Source of the DNA: Candidatus Nomurabacteria bacterium RIFCSPLOWO2_01_FULL_39_18
Lineage (GTDB): Bacteria > Patescibacteriota > Minisyncoccia > Phycocordibacterales > UBA9973
DNA length: 64,000 nt
Reading direction: 5' to 3'
NCBI GenBank assembly: GCA_001787005.1
Contig: MFUV01000005.1
Span: forward strand, 2,764-66,763
In this document: piece by piece, positions 1-8,811 of the stretch
How positions within the stretch are numbered: position 1 is the first letter of the stretch
Layout of the letters: every line of letters begins with the position of its first letter
Position numbers and translations under genes: made by a program
Notes under the pieces: generated by a model
The model's input: only the letters and a program-made list of their open reading frames with translations
Database searches by the model: none
What the model was told of the DNA's origin: nothing

Positions 1-374
1 TTGAATTTACCGAGAAAGAAAATATAAATTGGGAAAAAGAATTTGAATCTACCAAAGAACTAACTGGAATAATAGCTAATGTTGGGAAAATCAGAGCAGT
101 ATGCAAAGTAATTAATAATACAAACGAATTTATAAAATTAAATAAAGGAGATATTTTAGTCGCAAGAACTACAAATCCGGCATGGACACCGTTATTTGCT
201 ATAGCAGGCGGAGTTATTACTGAAGTCGGAGGGCTTTTATCTCACGCAGCTATTGTAGCCAGAGAATATGGAATACCTGCCATGGTCAATGTAAAAGCCG
301 CAACAAAAATTTTAAAAGACGGTGGCTTAGTAGAAATGGATGCTAACAAGGGTGTTGTAAAAATTTTAACTTAA
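1..374 (+). CDS. C-terminal fragment of a PEP-utilising-enzyme mobile-domain protein (PEP synthase / pyruvate phosphate dikinase-like); 5' end lies outside the window
   Basis: The frame is open from the window edge to TAA at 372-374. The translation ...GDILVARTTNPAWTPLFAIAGGVITEVGGLLSHAAIVAREYGIPAMVNV... matches the phospho-histidine mobile domain signature of PEP-utilising enzymes. Confidence 0.6.
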   Translation, partial: EFTEKENINWEKEFESTKELTGIIANVGKIRAVCKVINNTNEFIKLNKGDILVARTTNPAWTPLFAIAGGVITEVGGLLSHAAIVAREYGIPAMVNVKAATKILKDGGLVEMDANKGVVKILT

Positions 375-404
375 TATTTTATTAAAATCGTCGCCGAAAA
401 TCCA

Positions 405-715
405 AAAGAAGCCCGCCCGCATTCATTCCCCAGACCCCTTTCTGCGGGCGGGAAATCCGCCGAGGTTTTGCCAAATCCTTTTCCCCAGAAAATAGTTTGG
501 CAAAACCGAGTCCGTTTTGAATTCCGTCAGTTTCTCCCTTAGGAGAAACCCGACCTCGCTCTCGCCACCACCATACCGAAAAATAAAAAAGGAAATCGCG
601 CCAAATCAAAACAGAATGCGTGGTGGCGAGGCGAGGGCGGAACGGAACAGCGGTAGCGGAGAGACACTGCTTCCGCAGTGTCTCGTAGCGGACGATGTAC
701 CGTGACGGAATTCAT
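405..715. other. GC-rich island of at least five strong hairpins plus a long-range 11-bp pairing; either a structured RNA or leader, or a nest of palindromic repeat elements
   Basis: Hairpins: gcccgcccgc/gcgggcggg; ggttttgccaaa/tttggcaaaacc; tttctcc-ctta-ggagaaa; ctcgctctcgccaccacc/ggtggtggcgaggcgagg; gagacactgc-ttcc-gcagtgtctc. In addition, gaattccgtca (519-529) pairs with tgacggaattc (703-713). GC content is far above the flanking DNA. The ORFs the track calls here have no coding character. Confidence 0.4.
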
Positions 716-765
716 TACCTCACTTTGTTTTGAAAATAGGTTCTAACTTGGTACAATAGAGACAC

Positions 766-1515
766 ATGATATCAACATATGTTTATGCCTTTGTGAGTGT
801 TGTGGTAGTCAGCCTTATTTCATTTGTGGGTGTCTTTGCGCTATCTCTTAAAGAAGAAGTCTTGCGAAAATATATTTTCATTTTTATCAGCATCGCCGTG
901 GGTGCACTTTTGGGTGACGCCTTGATCCATTTAATTCCTGAAGCATTGGAAACTTCTACCAACACTGTTTTAACAAGTGTTCTGGTCATTATTGGAATTC
1001 TTTTCTTTTTCGTTTTAGAAAAATTCCTTCATTGGCATCACCATGGTGAAGACAAGGAAAAATCAGGCGTCCATCCCGTGGGGAAGCTCATTTTACTTTC
1101 AGATGGTATCCATAATTTTCTAGACGGAATGATTATTGGGACAAGTTTTATGGTTAGTATTCCTGTGGGACTCGCTACAACCCTAGCTGTGATTTTACAC
1201 GAAATCCCACAGGAAATAGGGGATTTCGCGGTACTTCTGCACTCTGGGTACACAAAGAGACGCGCCTTGTGGTTAAATTTTTTATCGGCATTTACCGCGA
1301 TCTTAGGCGTTATTGTTCTCTTTGTTATTGGTAATATCGCCGAGTTATCTTCAAAATTTTTTCTACCAATCGCCGCCGGGGGGTTTATATATATTGCGGT
1401 GGCAGATTTAATTCCCGAACTTCAAAAAACAAAAGAGGTGAAATATTCCATCCTGCAAATAATGGCAGTTATAGCCGGAGTTTTGGCTATGGTTGCTTTG
1501 ACTTTTGCGGAATGA
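766..1515 (+). CDS. ZIP-family divalent metal (zinc) transporter, ZupT-like
   Basis: 249 aa with multiple TM helices. It has a His-rich cytoplasmic loop (HWHHHGEDKEKSGVH) and the ZIP signature HEIPQEIGDFAVLLHSG. Confidence 0.85.
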   Translation: MISTYVYAFVSVVVVSLISFVGVFALSLKEEVLRKYIFIFISIAVGALLGDALIHLIPEALETSTNTVLTSVLVIIGILFFFVLEKFLHWHHHGEDKEKSGVHPVGKLILLSDGIHNFLDGMIIGTSFMVSIPVGLATTLAVILHEIPQEIGDFAVLLHSGYTKRRALWLNFLSAFTAILGVIVLFVIGNIAELSSKFFLPIAAGGFIYIAVADLIPELQKTKEVKYSILQIMAVIAGVLAMVALTFAE

Positions 1516-1677
1516 TTATAAGGACTCATTGCAGGCGTACTTTTTAGAAAGCCTTGCGCAGGAGCTTAGAAAATAAAAGTGGTAATTCACTTATTATTTT
1601 CTTGAGTGACGAGCAGAGCAATCCGCCAGCTGGCGGATATGTGTGCTTTATAAAAAGTATGTCAAAAAAGAGTCCAG

Positions 1678-2823
1678 TTACTGCTTCCAGGACCAGTCAG
1701 CTCCTGGATTTTTAGCGTTGAAAACTTCGAAGTGTAGGTGTGGCCCAGTAGAGCGGCCAGTAGAACCGATGTATCCGATCAATTCTCCTTGTGCTACTGT
1801 TGCGCCTGTAGAGGTCGCTAATTTAGACATATGGGCGTAGAGCGTCTTTGTGCCATTCGGATGCTGAATGATAACCATGTTGCCATATCCTCCGTTATAT
1901 CCGCCTCGAGCCAGAAGCACCGTTCCAGATGCGGAAGCGTAGATTGGTGTGCCGGTCGGAGCGGCTAAATCTATTCCGCGACGACCTGGACCATGCAATC
2001 CTTGACTTTTTCTTTTCAAATCAGGAACTGGATTAATGAAATACCCAGCGGCATTCTTTAGTGTGCTGGTTGCATAATACCCTCCATTTTGAGAACTAGA
2101 TTTTGAACTTGTAGTAGAACCTTCGTCTAGGAGAATGCCGTCTGGGATCATAAGTCTATCGCCAATCGCGAGTTTGGCGTCTTCCGTAATATCATTATAA
2201 ATAAGGATATCATTCACATCCACTTTATACATTTTAGCTATACTTTGCAGTGTTTGCCCCTTTAGGACAGTATGCTCAATACCAGAAATCGGAAGAATAA
2301 AAAGCACATCGCCCTCCACAAGCTTATCCTCTTTTTTCATGTCATTGGCGGCCAGAATTGTGTCCACAGAAACACCAAACATTGAGGCTATGGCAGATAT
2401 TGAATCCCCCTTTCTCACCACATAAACACTCGCTTCGTCGTCAAACGAAGCGTCAAGGACATCAATACCGCCTACGTCTCTTAAGACATTGATGGGGCCG
2501 GCTGTCGGCAAAAGAGCATTGTCGGAGACAATATTTACATCAGTAGTTGCATCAATTTCACTATCTTTTGTTTTCTGATCTTGAGAAACTGGCATGGGTG
2601 AGACATTGGCCTCTAGAAGCGCCATGGTCTGGGAATTACCGATCGATCCTATATCCGTCCGTGCCTGAGCTTCATTGCCTAAAATAGAGGAGAAAAGGGA
2701 GGCATAAACCAAAAGGGGAGAAAATAAGAAGACAAAAAAGACCCCAAAAAATAGGGAAAATACAGAAATAGAGTTTAATATTTTAAATAGAGATTTTATA
2801 AAAAAACAAACTAAATATCGCAA
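1678..2823 (-). CDS. Membrane-anchored LysM-domain M23 family metallopeptidase (peptidoglycan endopeptidase)
   Basis: N-terminal TM segment. Two LysM-like repeats (YVVRKGDSISAIASMFGVSVDTILAAN; HTVLKGQTLQSIAKMYKVDVNDIL). C-terminal M23 motifs HxxxD (GIDLAAPTGTPIYA) and HLHFEV. Confidence 0.85.
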   Translation of the reverse strand: MRYLVCFFIKSLFKILNSISVFSLFFGVFFVFLFSPLLVYASLFSSILGNEAQARTDIGSIGNSQTMALLEANVSPMPVSQDQKTKDSEIDATTDVNIVSDNALLPTAGPINVLRDVGGIDVLDASFDDEASVYVVRKGDSISAIASMFGVSVDTILAANDMKKEDKLVEGDVLFILPISGIEHTVLKGQTLQSIAKMYKVDVNDILIYNDITEDAKLAIGDRLMIPDGILLDEGSTTSSKSSSQNGGYYATSTLKNAAGYFINPVPDLKRKSQGLHGPGRRGIDLAAPTGTPIYASASGTVLLARGGYNGGYGNMVIIQHPNGTKTLYAHMSKLATSTGATVAQGELIGYIGSTGRSTGPHLHFEVFNAKNPGADWSWKQ

Positions 2824-3175
2824 GATATCCTTTTCTAGCCTTTAAAAATAAGGGTAGAATCACAGAACGACCGAAGGCCTGCCCCGTAGTGAGCTCTGCT
2901 CCACTACTGGGGTGTCTGCAAACAAAGGTTCTCACGATGGTTACTATCAGGTCTCTCATTCTGTCATCTTGTGCCGTGCCTCTCTCCAGTACTATGTTTC
3001 CAGGATAACTCAAAAAGGGGTCAAAGTCAATCGGACAAGAAACCCCTGTGGAAAACTTTTTGTAGATAAAAGCCACCAAAAAATTGACAAGAAGGTTAAA
3101 AATATGCAGAATTATAAGAGTTTTTATCAAAAGTTAGGGATTAAAAGCTAAAAGTTTTATAATGGAAATGCAATT

Positions 3176-5329
3176 ATGGAGACACAAAAAGCAAAACCGG
3201 AGTTGAAATTTCACATTCATTACAATGACACGATCTTTTATGAAGGAAAAACTTACAAGGTGGTAGAACTTCCCAGCTGGGAGAATGACAATAGATATAG
3301 GCTGACAAGCCCAGGCTTGCCGGATTTTAAGCTTAAATATACAAAATTACAAGAGGCGTTGGAAAGTGGGAAAGCTGTTTTCGTTCAAACTATTCCACCC
3401 AAAGTACAAGAAGAGGTAGAAAAATACAAAAATCCTGAAACCTTTAGGGTAAAAACCGACAGAAAGAAAACAAAACCTAAAAACGAAGTTGCAAGGTTTG
3501 TTTCGCCTGAAATAAAAAAATTAGAGGAACGTCTTAGGGTAGACAGAGTTAGGCGCATACACCTTCAAGAAGAAGCAAGAGAGGCTTTTGATAGGGGTGA
3601 CTTGTCCAAAGCAAGAAGATTAAACAGCGAAAGCCTTACTCCAATGGAGAAAGATTTGTTTAATTTCTTTGACGATAGAAAACGAGAAATTCCAGCAGAT
3701 ATACTGTCTTTAAATGAAAAATTTAGCCAGATGAGCTATCGTCTTGAATATGATCTGAAACGAAAAGAAGAAGCTTTGGCCCAAGAGCCTACGTTAGTTA
3801 CACTAGAAACAAAAATTCCATGCGCTGTCGTGGAAGATCAGATTAGGCTTGCTCTTTCGTCTCACCTTGAAAACCATGGGAAAATAGAGGAGTTAAAAGT
3901 TAAGGGTGTAGGAGATAAAATAATAATAGGAGCAACAATAATTACACGTAGCTCGATGATGACCTTTAGTCGTGAAGTAAGGGTGACACTTGAGAACAAA
4001 GATACCGGCATTGAAGTGAAAAATGAGATGGAAAAGGAAGATTTTGTTTTTTTAATTAGATCAGCCATTGAAGGTTTGAGGGAAGAGATAGCAGAGAAAG
4101 TAATGTTGGAGGGTTTAGAAATTAAAAAAATAGAGATTAGGAATGGAGAATTAGTGGTAACTTCCGGCGCGCCAGAAACATCTGCTCCTACTCCAGAAAC
4201 AGCACCTGCTCCCGTAGAGTGGACAGAGGCAGATGAAGAAGAATTGCGGAGAATTGAAAAGAAACTTAAGGAGATAGAAGAGCAAGAGATGTTGGAAACC
4301 GGAATTTTTACACCGGAGTTTGTGGGAGAGAGAGTTAAATTTATCCTAGAGTCTTATGTCTTTGGACAGGGGTCAAAAGCAGTTATAAAAGTGGAGAGTC
4401 TAGCTACTGAAGGCAAAGATAATGCAATAAAATTGACTGGAAAGTTAACAATCTCGGATCATCGGGGCAGCCCAAATCAAAATACTGTTGAAAATATTGA
4501 CACAATTCTTGTGAATAATGTTAAAAAAGGTGAAATCCCTATTGTGGCAAGCGGCGATTTGGTATTTATCCTTGGCGACAGAGGTGAAGTCGTTCCCAAT
4601 GGAATAAAAAAATATATAGAGGAAAAAGGAGGGCGAGAAGTTGAGACAATGAAGATTGAAGATGGAAAGCTGGTGGTGGAGTTTAAGGTACCTACTGGAC
4701 CTGATACTGGAGTGCAAGAGGTAGAAATTCTTACGCCACCAACAGAAACAGGAGAAGGGGTGGGGCTTGATGCCTCGATTTCTCCACCCAGCGTTCCGGC
4801 AGAAACCGCCCCATCTTCCTCGCCTGTTCCACCGCCTGTGCCGGAAGTTAAAAGGGGGCCAGAGGTAGAAATTTTTCCAACGAAGTTTATAGAAGATACA
4901 ATTAAAAAACTTCTCGCCTTTAAAAAAGACAGCAAGCTTGAAGGTGGGGGGGAAGAGGAGAAAATAAAGGTTGGAGAAGTTAAGGGTTTAGAAATTAAAG
5001 GAAAAGGTGGTGAAATAATTCTAAATGCAAAAGTTAATGTGGAGATGAAGGTACCAGGGACAGAAAAAACTGTAACCAGTGATGTTGGAATAAAAGTAGT
5101 TCTTGGAAGTAAAAATAACATTATTGTGGTAAAAAATTGCGAGATTAAAGCAAATGTTAATATGATTATTGATCGGATTCTGAACCCACTTCTGGTCCAC
5201 TTCGTCAAACCACACCTTGAAAAAATTTCAGAGACATTAAAGTCTTACATTGAAGACAACGATCCGAAAAGAAGAAAAGTTGAAAAAATGGAAATTGAGA
5301 ATGGTCAATTGAAAGTTACGTTTAAATAA
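3176..5329 (+). CDS. Hypothetical Lys/Glu-rich protein containing two copies of a ~120-aa module shared with the next gene
   Basis: 717-aa ORF starting after a TATAAT at 3158. Internal repeated module ending ...RKVEKMEIENGQLKVTFK. A Pro/Ser/Thr-rich linker. Confidence 0.6.
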   Translation: METQKAKPELKFHIHYNDTIFYEGKTYKVVELPSWENDNRYRLTSPGLPDFKLKYTKLQEALESGKAVFVQTIPPKVQEEVEKYKNPETFRVKTDRKKTKPKNEVARFVSPEIKKLEERLRVDRVRRIHLQEEAREAFDRGDLSKARRLNSESLTPMEKDLFNFFDDRKREIPADILSLNEKFSQMSYRLEYDLKRKEEALAQEPTLVTLETKIPCAVVEDQIRLALSSHLENHGKIEELKVKGVGDKIIIGATIITRSSMMTFSREVRVTLENKDTGIEVKNEMEKEDFVFLIRSAIEGLREEIAEKVMLEGLEIKKIEIRNGELVVTSGAPETSAPTPETAPAPVEWTEADEEELRRIEKKLKEIEEQEMLETGIFTPEFVGERVKFILESYVFGQGSKAVIKVESLATEGKDNAIKLTGKLTISDHRGSPNQNTVENIDTILVNNVKKGEIPIVASGDLVFILGDRGEVVPNGIKKYIEEKGGREVETMKIEDGKLVVEFKVPTGPDTGVQEVEILTPPTETGEGVGLDASISPPSVPAETAPSSSPVPPPVPEVKRGPEVEIFPTKFIEDTIKKLLAFKKDSKLEGGGEEEKIKVGEVKGLEIKGKGGEIILNAKVNVEMKVPGTEKTVTSDVGIKVVLGSKNNIIVVKNCEIKANVNMIIDRILNPLLVHFVKPHLEKISETLKSYIEDNDPKRRKVEKMEIENGQLKVTFK

Positions 5330-5341
5330 TTTTTAAAATTT

Positions 5342-7102
5342 ATGGAAGAACCACCCTTAACAAAAGAACAAATAAAAGCACTCCGGGATGCACTTCTGGC
5401 AAAAAAATTAGCGGCACAAGCTACATCTGTGCCCCCTGCACCAGATACTGCGTCACCTCCTATGGAAACGCCACCTGCGAAACCTAAAACATTCAGGGAG
5501 GAAAGACTAGCTATGTTCGACAGACAATATGATGAGGGTAATTCTGATTACACAACCCCTGTTTTAGAACCGCCCACATCACCACTAACCCCAACTCAAA
5601 ATGAATCGGGGGCTGAATCAGAACCTGAAGTATCGCCCGCAAGACCTGCAGATACAGATACTCGCAGATATTATCCAAACGGTGAATTGGCGTGGGAAGC
5701 ACTTCCTGGTGGAAGAGAAAGAATGTATAGAGAAGATAAAACATTAAAGAGAGAACGTTTGCCTGATGGCACTCGAGTATATTACCGAGAGGATGGGAAA
5801 ACAAAAGAAGTGGAGTATCGTTCTAATGGAGACACAATATATTACCGATGGGATGGGGGAAGCATAATAAGCATAAGATATAACAGTGGAATTATAGAAG
5901 AATACGACAGAGAAGGAAGAAAAACTGGACGTTTTCGTTATGATGAAGAGGGAAGGAGAGTTGATGAACCCATTGTGCCTACTCCTGCACCGAAGGCCGA
6001 AAAGGCGTCTCAGGTAGAATTTTTTTCAGCTGAATTTATAAGACAACAAATTGGGAATCTTCTTGCTTCCAATGAAAACATTAAAGAAGTTGTAAATATT
6101 AAGATTGATGGTAGGGGCAATGAGATAATGTTAAATATAAGAGTAAAAGCTGGTCCTGTGGATTCAGACATTGGTATACAAGCAGTTCTTGAAAACAAAA
6201 AAAATGCGGTAGCGGTGAAAAGTTACAAAATTGATGCAGGTTGGCTTATAAAAAGTAGCGTGGAAGGTATGATAGCGCCAAAACTCAATGAAGTTTCAGA
6301 GATGCTAAAAGAATTTATAGAAAAAGAGGATAAAAAAGGTAGGAAAGTAGAAAAAATGGAAATTGAAAATGGGCAATTGAAAGTAACTTACGGCACTTCA
6401 GGGTCTACACAAGATGTTTCAAGGACTACTTCAAGAAAAGAAGGAGCAGGAAAAATACTTGTGCCAGAGCTTGGGCCGGTTAGAAAACCAACCTTGGAAA
6501 CAAAAATCGAAAAAGCTGAAGCAGTAGCTAGACTTAGAGAAGCTGTAGCAAGCGCCCAGACCATAATTCAAGAAGAAGGTGAGAGAATGGAAAAGAGAAA
6601 ACAGGTAAGGGAAACTTTGCTTGTGGAGCTTGAATTGGTCAAAGATAAAATAAAAAATCCTTTTAAGTATTTCATAATTGACCATATGAGCCCTAAAGCT
6701 TTTATTTGTTTGTACCAGAGAAGAAAAGAGGAAGTTACCTTGAAAGATATAAATTCTGTATCCGGCAACAATATAACTGGGGAAGATGGTAAGAAGATAT
6801 GTGTTTTCACTCCTGAATTTATTTTACCGGGAAGGAATGATTCAGTGTACTTTTCTTCTAATGGATTTTCTTTACAATTATTAAATAAAGATGAAATAAC
6901 AGTTAAAAAGGAGGGTAGAAAAATTGTAATGGTAGACAGCCCCAACGCAAAATATAGGTTGGTTCATCCGAACTGGACGCATGATCCAGATGATCGTGCG
7001 TCTGATCTGGAGGGGTGGAAGAAACTCTTGGACCAAAGAGCTCAACAATATCAAGCGTGGCAGATTAGTCTTTTTGAAAAACAAAGTAAGCAAGTTAAAT
7101 AA
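5342..7102 (+). CDS. Hypothetical protein with MORN/YwqK-like repeats (YYPNGEL.., YYREDGK.., YYRWDGG..) and one copy of the shared ~120-aa module
   Basis: 586-aa ORF. The block KKGRKVEKMEIENGQLKVTYG is about 90% identical at nucleotide level to the corresponding block in the previous gene (5270-5329 vs 6335-6395). Confidence 0.6.
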   Translation: MEEPPLTKEQIKALRDALLAKKLAAQATSVPPAPDTASPPMETPPAKPKTFREERLAMFDRQYDEGNSDYTTPVLEPPTSPLTPTQNESGAESEPEVSPARPADTDTRRYYPNGELAWEALPGGRERMYREDKTLKRERLPDGTRVYYREDGKTKEVEYRSNGDTIYYRWDGGSIISIRYNSGIIEEYDREGRKTGRFRYDEEGRRVDEPIVPTPAPKAEKASQVEFFSAEFIRQQIGNLLASNENIKEVVNIKIDGRGNEIMLNIRVKAGPVDSDIGIQAVLENKKNAVAVKSYKIDAGWLIKSSVEGMIAPKLNEVSEMLKEFIEKEDKKGRKVEKMEIENGQLKVTYGTSGSTQDVSRTTSRKEGAGKILVPELGPVRKPTLETKIEKAEAVARLREAVASAQTIIQEEGERMEKRKQVRETLLVELELVKDKIKNPFKYFIIDHMSPKAFICLYQRRKEEVTLKDINSVSGNNITGEDGKKICVFTPEFILPGRNDSVYFSSNGFSLQLLNKDEITVKKEGRKIVMVDSPNAKYRLVHPNWTHDPDDRASDLEGWKKLLDQRAQQYQAWQISLFEKQSKQVK

Positions 7103-7113
7103 ATTAAAATTTT

Positions 7114-8721
7114 ATGGAGCAAGATCCACTCATTAGACAAAAGCAAATAGAAGAAGAGCTCAAAAGACTGGCTGAAGAAGACAAGCTAGGGCAGGAGAGA
7201 ATAATAAATGCTGAAAGAGTTGTGAGAGAAGCTACGGAAGCTTTGCGGGCAGCTGGTGCGAGCCCAGAAGAAGAAAGAGATGTTTTTGGTGCGCCCTTGG
7301 GGCCAGAAGAAGAAAAATCAAAAGGTCCGCGGAGAAGATTAATTTCTGGAAGAGGACGAAGATTTTTGAGAACTGCGGCATTGGCGGGTGGACTTGCGGC
7401 ATCAACTAGCTATCTTATACGTACCGGACAAAAGAAGGGTATATGGAAAGATCTTGGTACCCAAGTGGTTGCGTTGAAAAATAGAGTAACTGGAAAGAGA
7501 GAGAGGGCATCAGTTTCTCCGGCCGCAATAAGGATTGCAAAATACATTGGTCTCGATGATGTTACAAAACTTCTTTCTGACGTTGTAAATGATAAAAAAA
7601 TCGGTTTAGATCGTATTGTGAAAGGAATTATTTATAACGAGGGTGGGTCTCCAGAAGGAGTAATAAACAATCGAGGGAATATCAAATATATTGGTGCACC
7701 GGGACAAAAAAATAGTAACGTTGAAGCGGCCGACGGAGGAACATTCGCTTCCTATGACACAGAACAAGATGGGGAAAATGCTATTAGTGCATTAGTTATA
7801 GCGGCAGCTGAAAGGGGAGAGACTTTTGCATACTTTATAGGTAGATATACTGGCACTGGGGGGGGAGAAAATATCGTGAGAACAGCACGAAGCCCCGTGC
7901 CAAAAACAACAATCCCGATCCCTAGCAGGGAAGAACCTGCACAAGAAGAAGAACAAAGACCTTCACCCCTTGTGACAAGAACTCAACCTGAAAAAAGCGA
8001 CACACCAGCTACGCCTACTCCAGAACAACAGCCACCGGCTGCGCCAGACACTCAACCGGTTATAACTGAAGATACTCCACCGCCTGAGCCAGAACAGCCA
8101 TCAGCTCCACCCGAGAAACCAAAAGAAGAACAAAAAAGAAAACCGAGACTAACCACTGCGCCAGTAAGAGTAACAACGGGGACAAGAGTACAAATGGGGA
8201 CGACTGTCCACCTTGGTGGTAGTCCAGATGCTGTCGAAGCATTGAGAAAAAAAATAAAGGAACAAATGGATGCTGGAGAAGAACCGACCGGAGCTGTAGA
8301 GGTCAGTAGAGGACAAGGTGGAAGCAATATTTATTTCGATACTGGCGCAGTGGATCGTGAGATTCTAGAGCGAGCAAACAAAATACTTAAGGAACACCCT
8401 GAATTCAGAGGAAATCCTTTTTTCCTTACACCAGCAGAATTGCTAAAAGTATATGGAATTTATCAAAAAGATATAGAGAAAATGTTTGAAAACCATGATG
8501 ATGGACTGAAGGCATGGGAAGAAATGAGAAAGTTAAAAGCAAATGAATTTATGGGAAGAGAAAAATCTGATCCAAACGATCGTATAATGAGATATTTACA
8601 AAAACTTCAAGAAGTAACCAATTCAAAACCAGACAAAAAAGAAACTGTTGATCAGTATATGGCGCATGCTTTGCAAAAAGCGATGAAAGGAGGAAAAATA
8701 GATGAAGTAATAATAAAATAA
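7114..8721 (+). CDS. Hypothetical protein with a Pro/Glu-rich central linker
   Basis: 535-aa ORF, same strand and tightly spaced with the two preceding genes, so probably one operon. Confidence 0.55.
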   Translation: MEQDPLIRQKQIEEELKRLAEEDKLGQERIINAERVVREATEALRAAGASPEEERDVFGAPLGPEEEKSKGPRRRLISGRGRRFLRTAALAGGLAASTSYLIRTGQKKGIWKDLGTQVVALKNRVTGKRERASVSPAAIRIAKYIGLDDVTKLLSDVVNDKKIGLDRIVKGIIYNEGGSPEGVINNRGNIKYIGAPGQKNSNVEAADGGTFASYDTEQDGENAISALVIAAAERGETFAYFIGRYTGTGGGENIVRTARSPVPKTTIPIPSREEPAQEEEQRPSPLVTRTQPEKSDTPATPTPEQQPPAAPDTQPVITEDTPPPEPEQPSAPPEKPKEEQKRKPRLTTAPVRVTTGTRVQMGTTVHLGGSPDAVEALRKKIKEQMDAGEEPTGAVEVSRGQGGSNIYFDTGAVDREILERANKILKEHPEFRGNPFFLTPAELLKVYGIYQKDIEKMFENHDDGLKAWEEMRKLKANEFMGREKSDPNDRIMRYLQKLQEVTNSKPDKKETVDQYMAHALQKAMKGGKIDEVIIK

Positions 8722-8734
8722 AAAATTCTGTGCT

Positions 8735-8811
8735 ACCCGGCAGTAGAGCTTGGCAATACTTATAAAGTAAATTTTTATTTTAAAAAAACTTTGCCAAGTC
8801 TCACTACCGGG
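8735..8811. repeat. REP-like hairpin element (ACCCGGtAGTAGAGCTTgG...CAAGTCTCACTACCGGGT), copy 1
   Basis: Imperfect long stem with conserved termini shared with copies at 12815-12854 and 37053-37122. Termini resemble the inverted repeats that flank the IS200/RAYT-like gene at 45576/46294. Confidence 0.5.

Noticed and set aside
382-705. Track ORFs 382..609(-) and 517..705(+) as protein-coding genes
   Set aside because: Both lie wholly inside the GC-rich multi-hairpin island. Their translations are low-complexity (R/G/P-rich) with no start context. The region is better explained as a structured or repeat-derived non-coding segment.
405-715. RNase P RNA, tmRNA, SRP RNA or a known metal riboswitch in the GC-rich island
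   Set aside because: I searched both strands by eye for the P4/CR-I/CR-IV motifs (GGAAAGUCCGG, ACAGAA.CCGGCUUA), the SRP GGAA-GCAGCC domain IV core, a tmRNA T-arm/CCA end, and the conserved cores of B12, TPP, SAM, glycine, M-box and yybP-ykoY riboswitches. None was present. This needs confirmation with Infernal.
2783-3130. 115-aa ORF on the minus strand overlapping the M23 peptidase start
   Set aside because: It overlaps the upstream gene. It is hydrophobic and low-complexity without motifs. Its region contains a degenerate CCCCGTAG..CTACTGGGG palindrome and the promoter of the 3176 gene. It is most likely non-coding.
4477-5208. 243-aa Ser/Pro/Thr-rich ORF antisense to the 3176..5329 gene (and similar antisense ORFs such as 8886..9272 and 6568..6945)
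   Set aside because: These are typical shadow ORFs produced on the opposite strand of Lys/Glu-rich coding sequence. They have no independent start signals or motifs.
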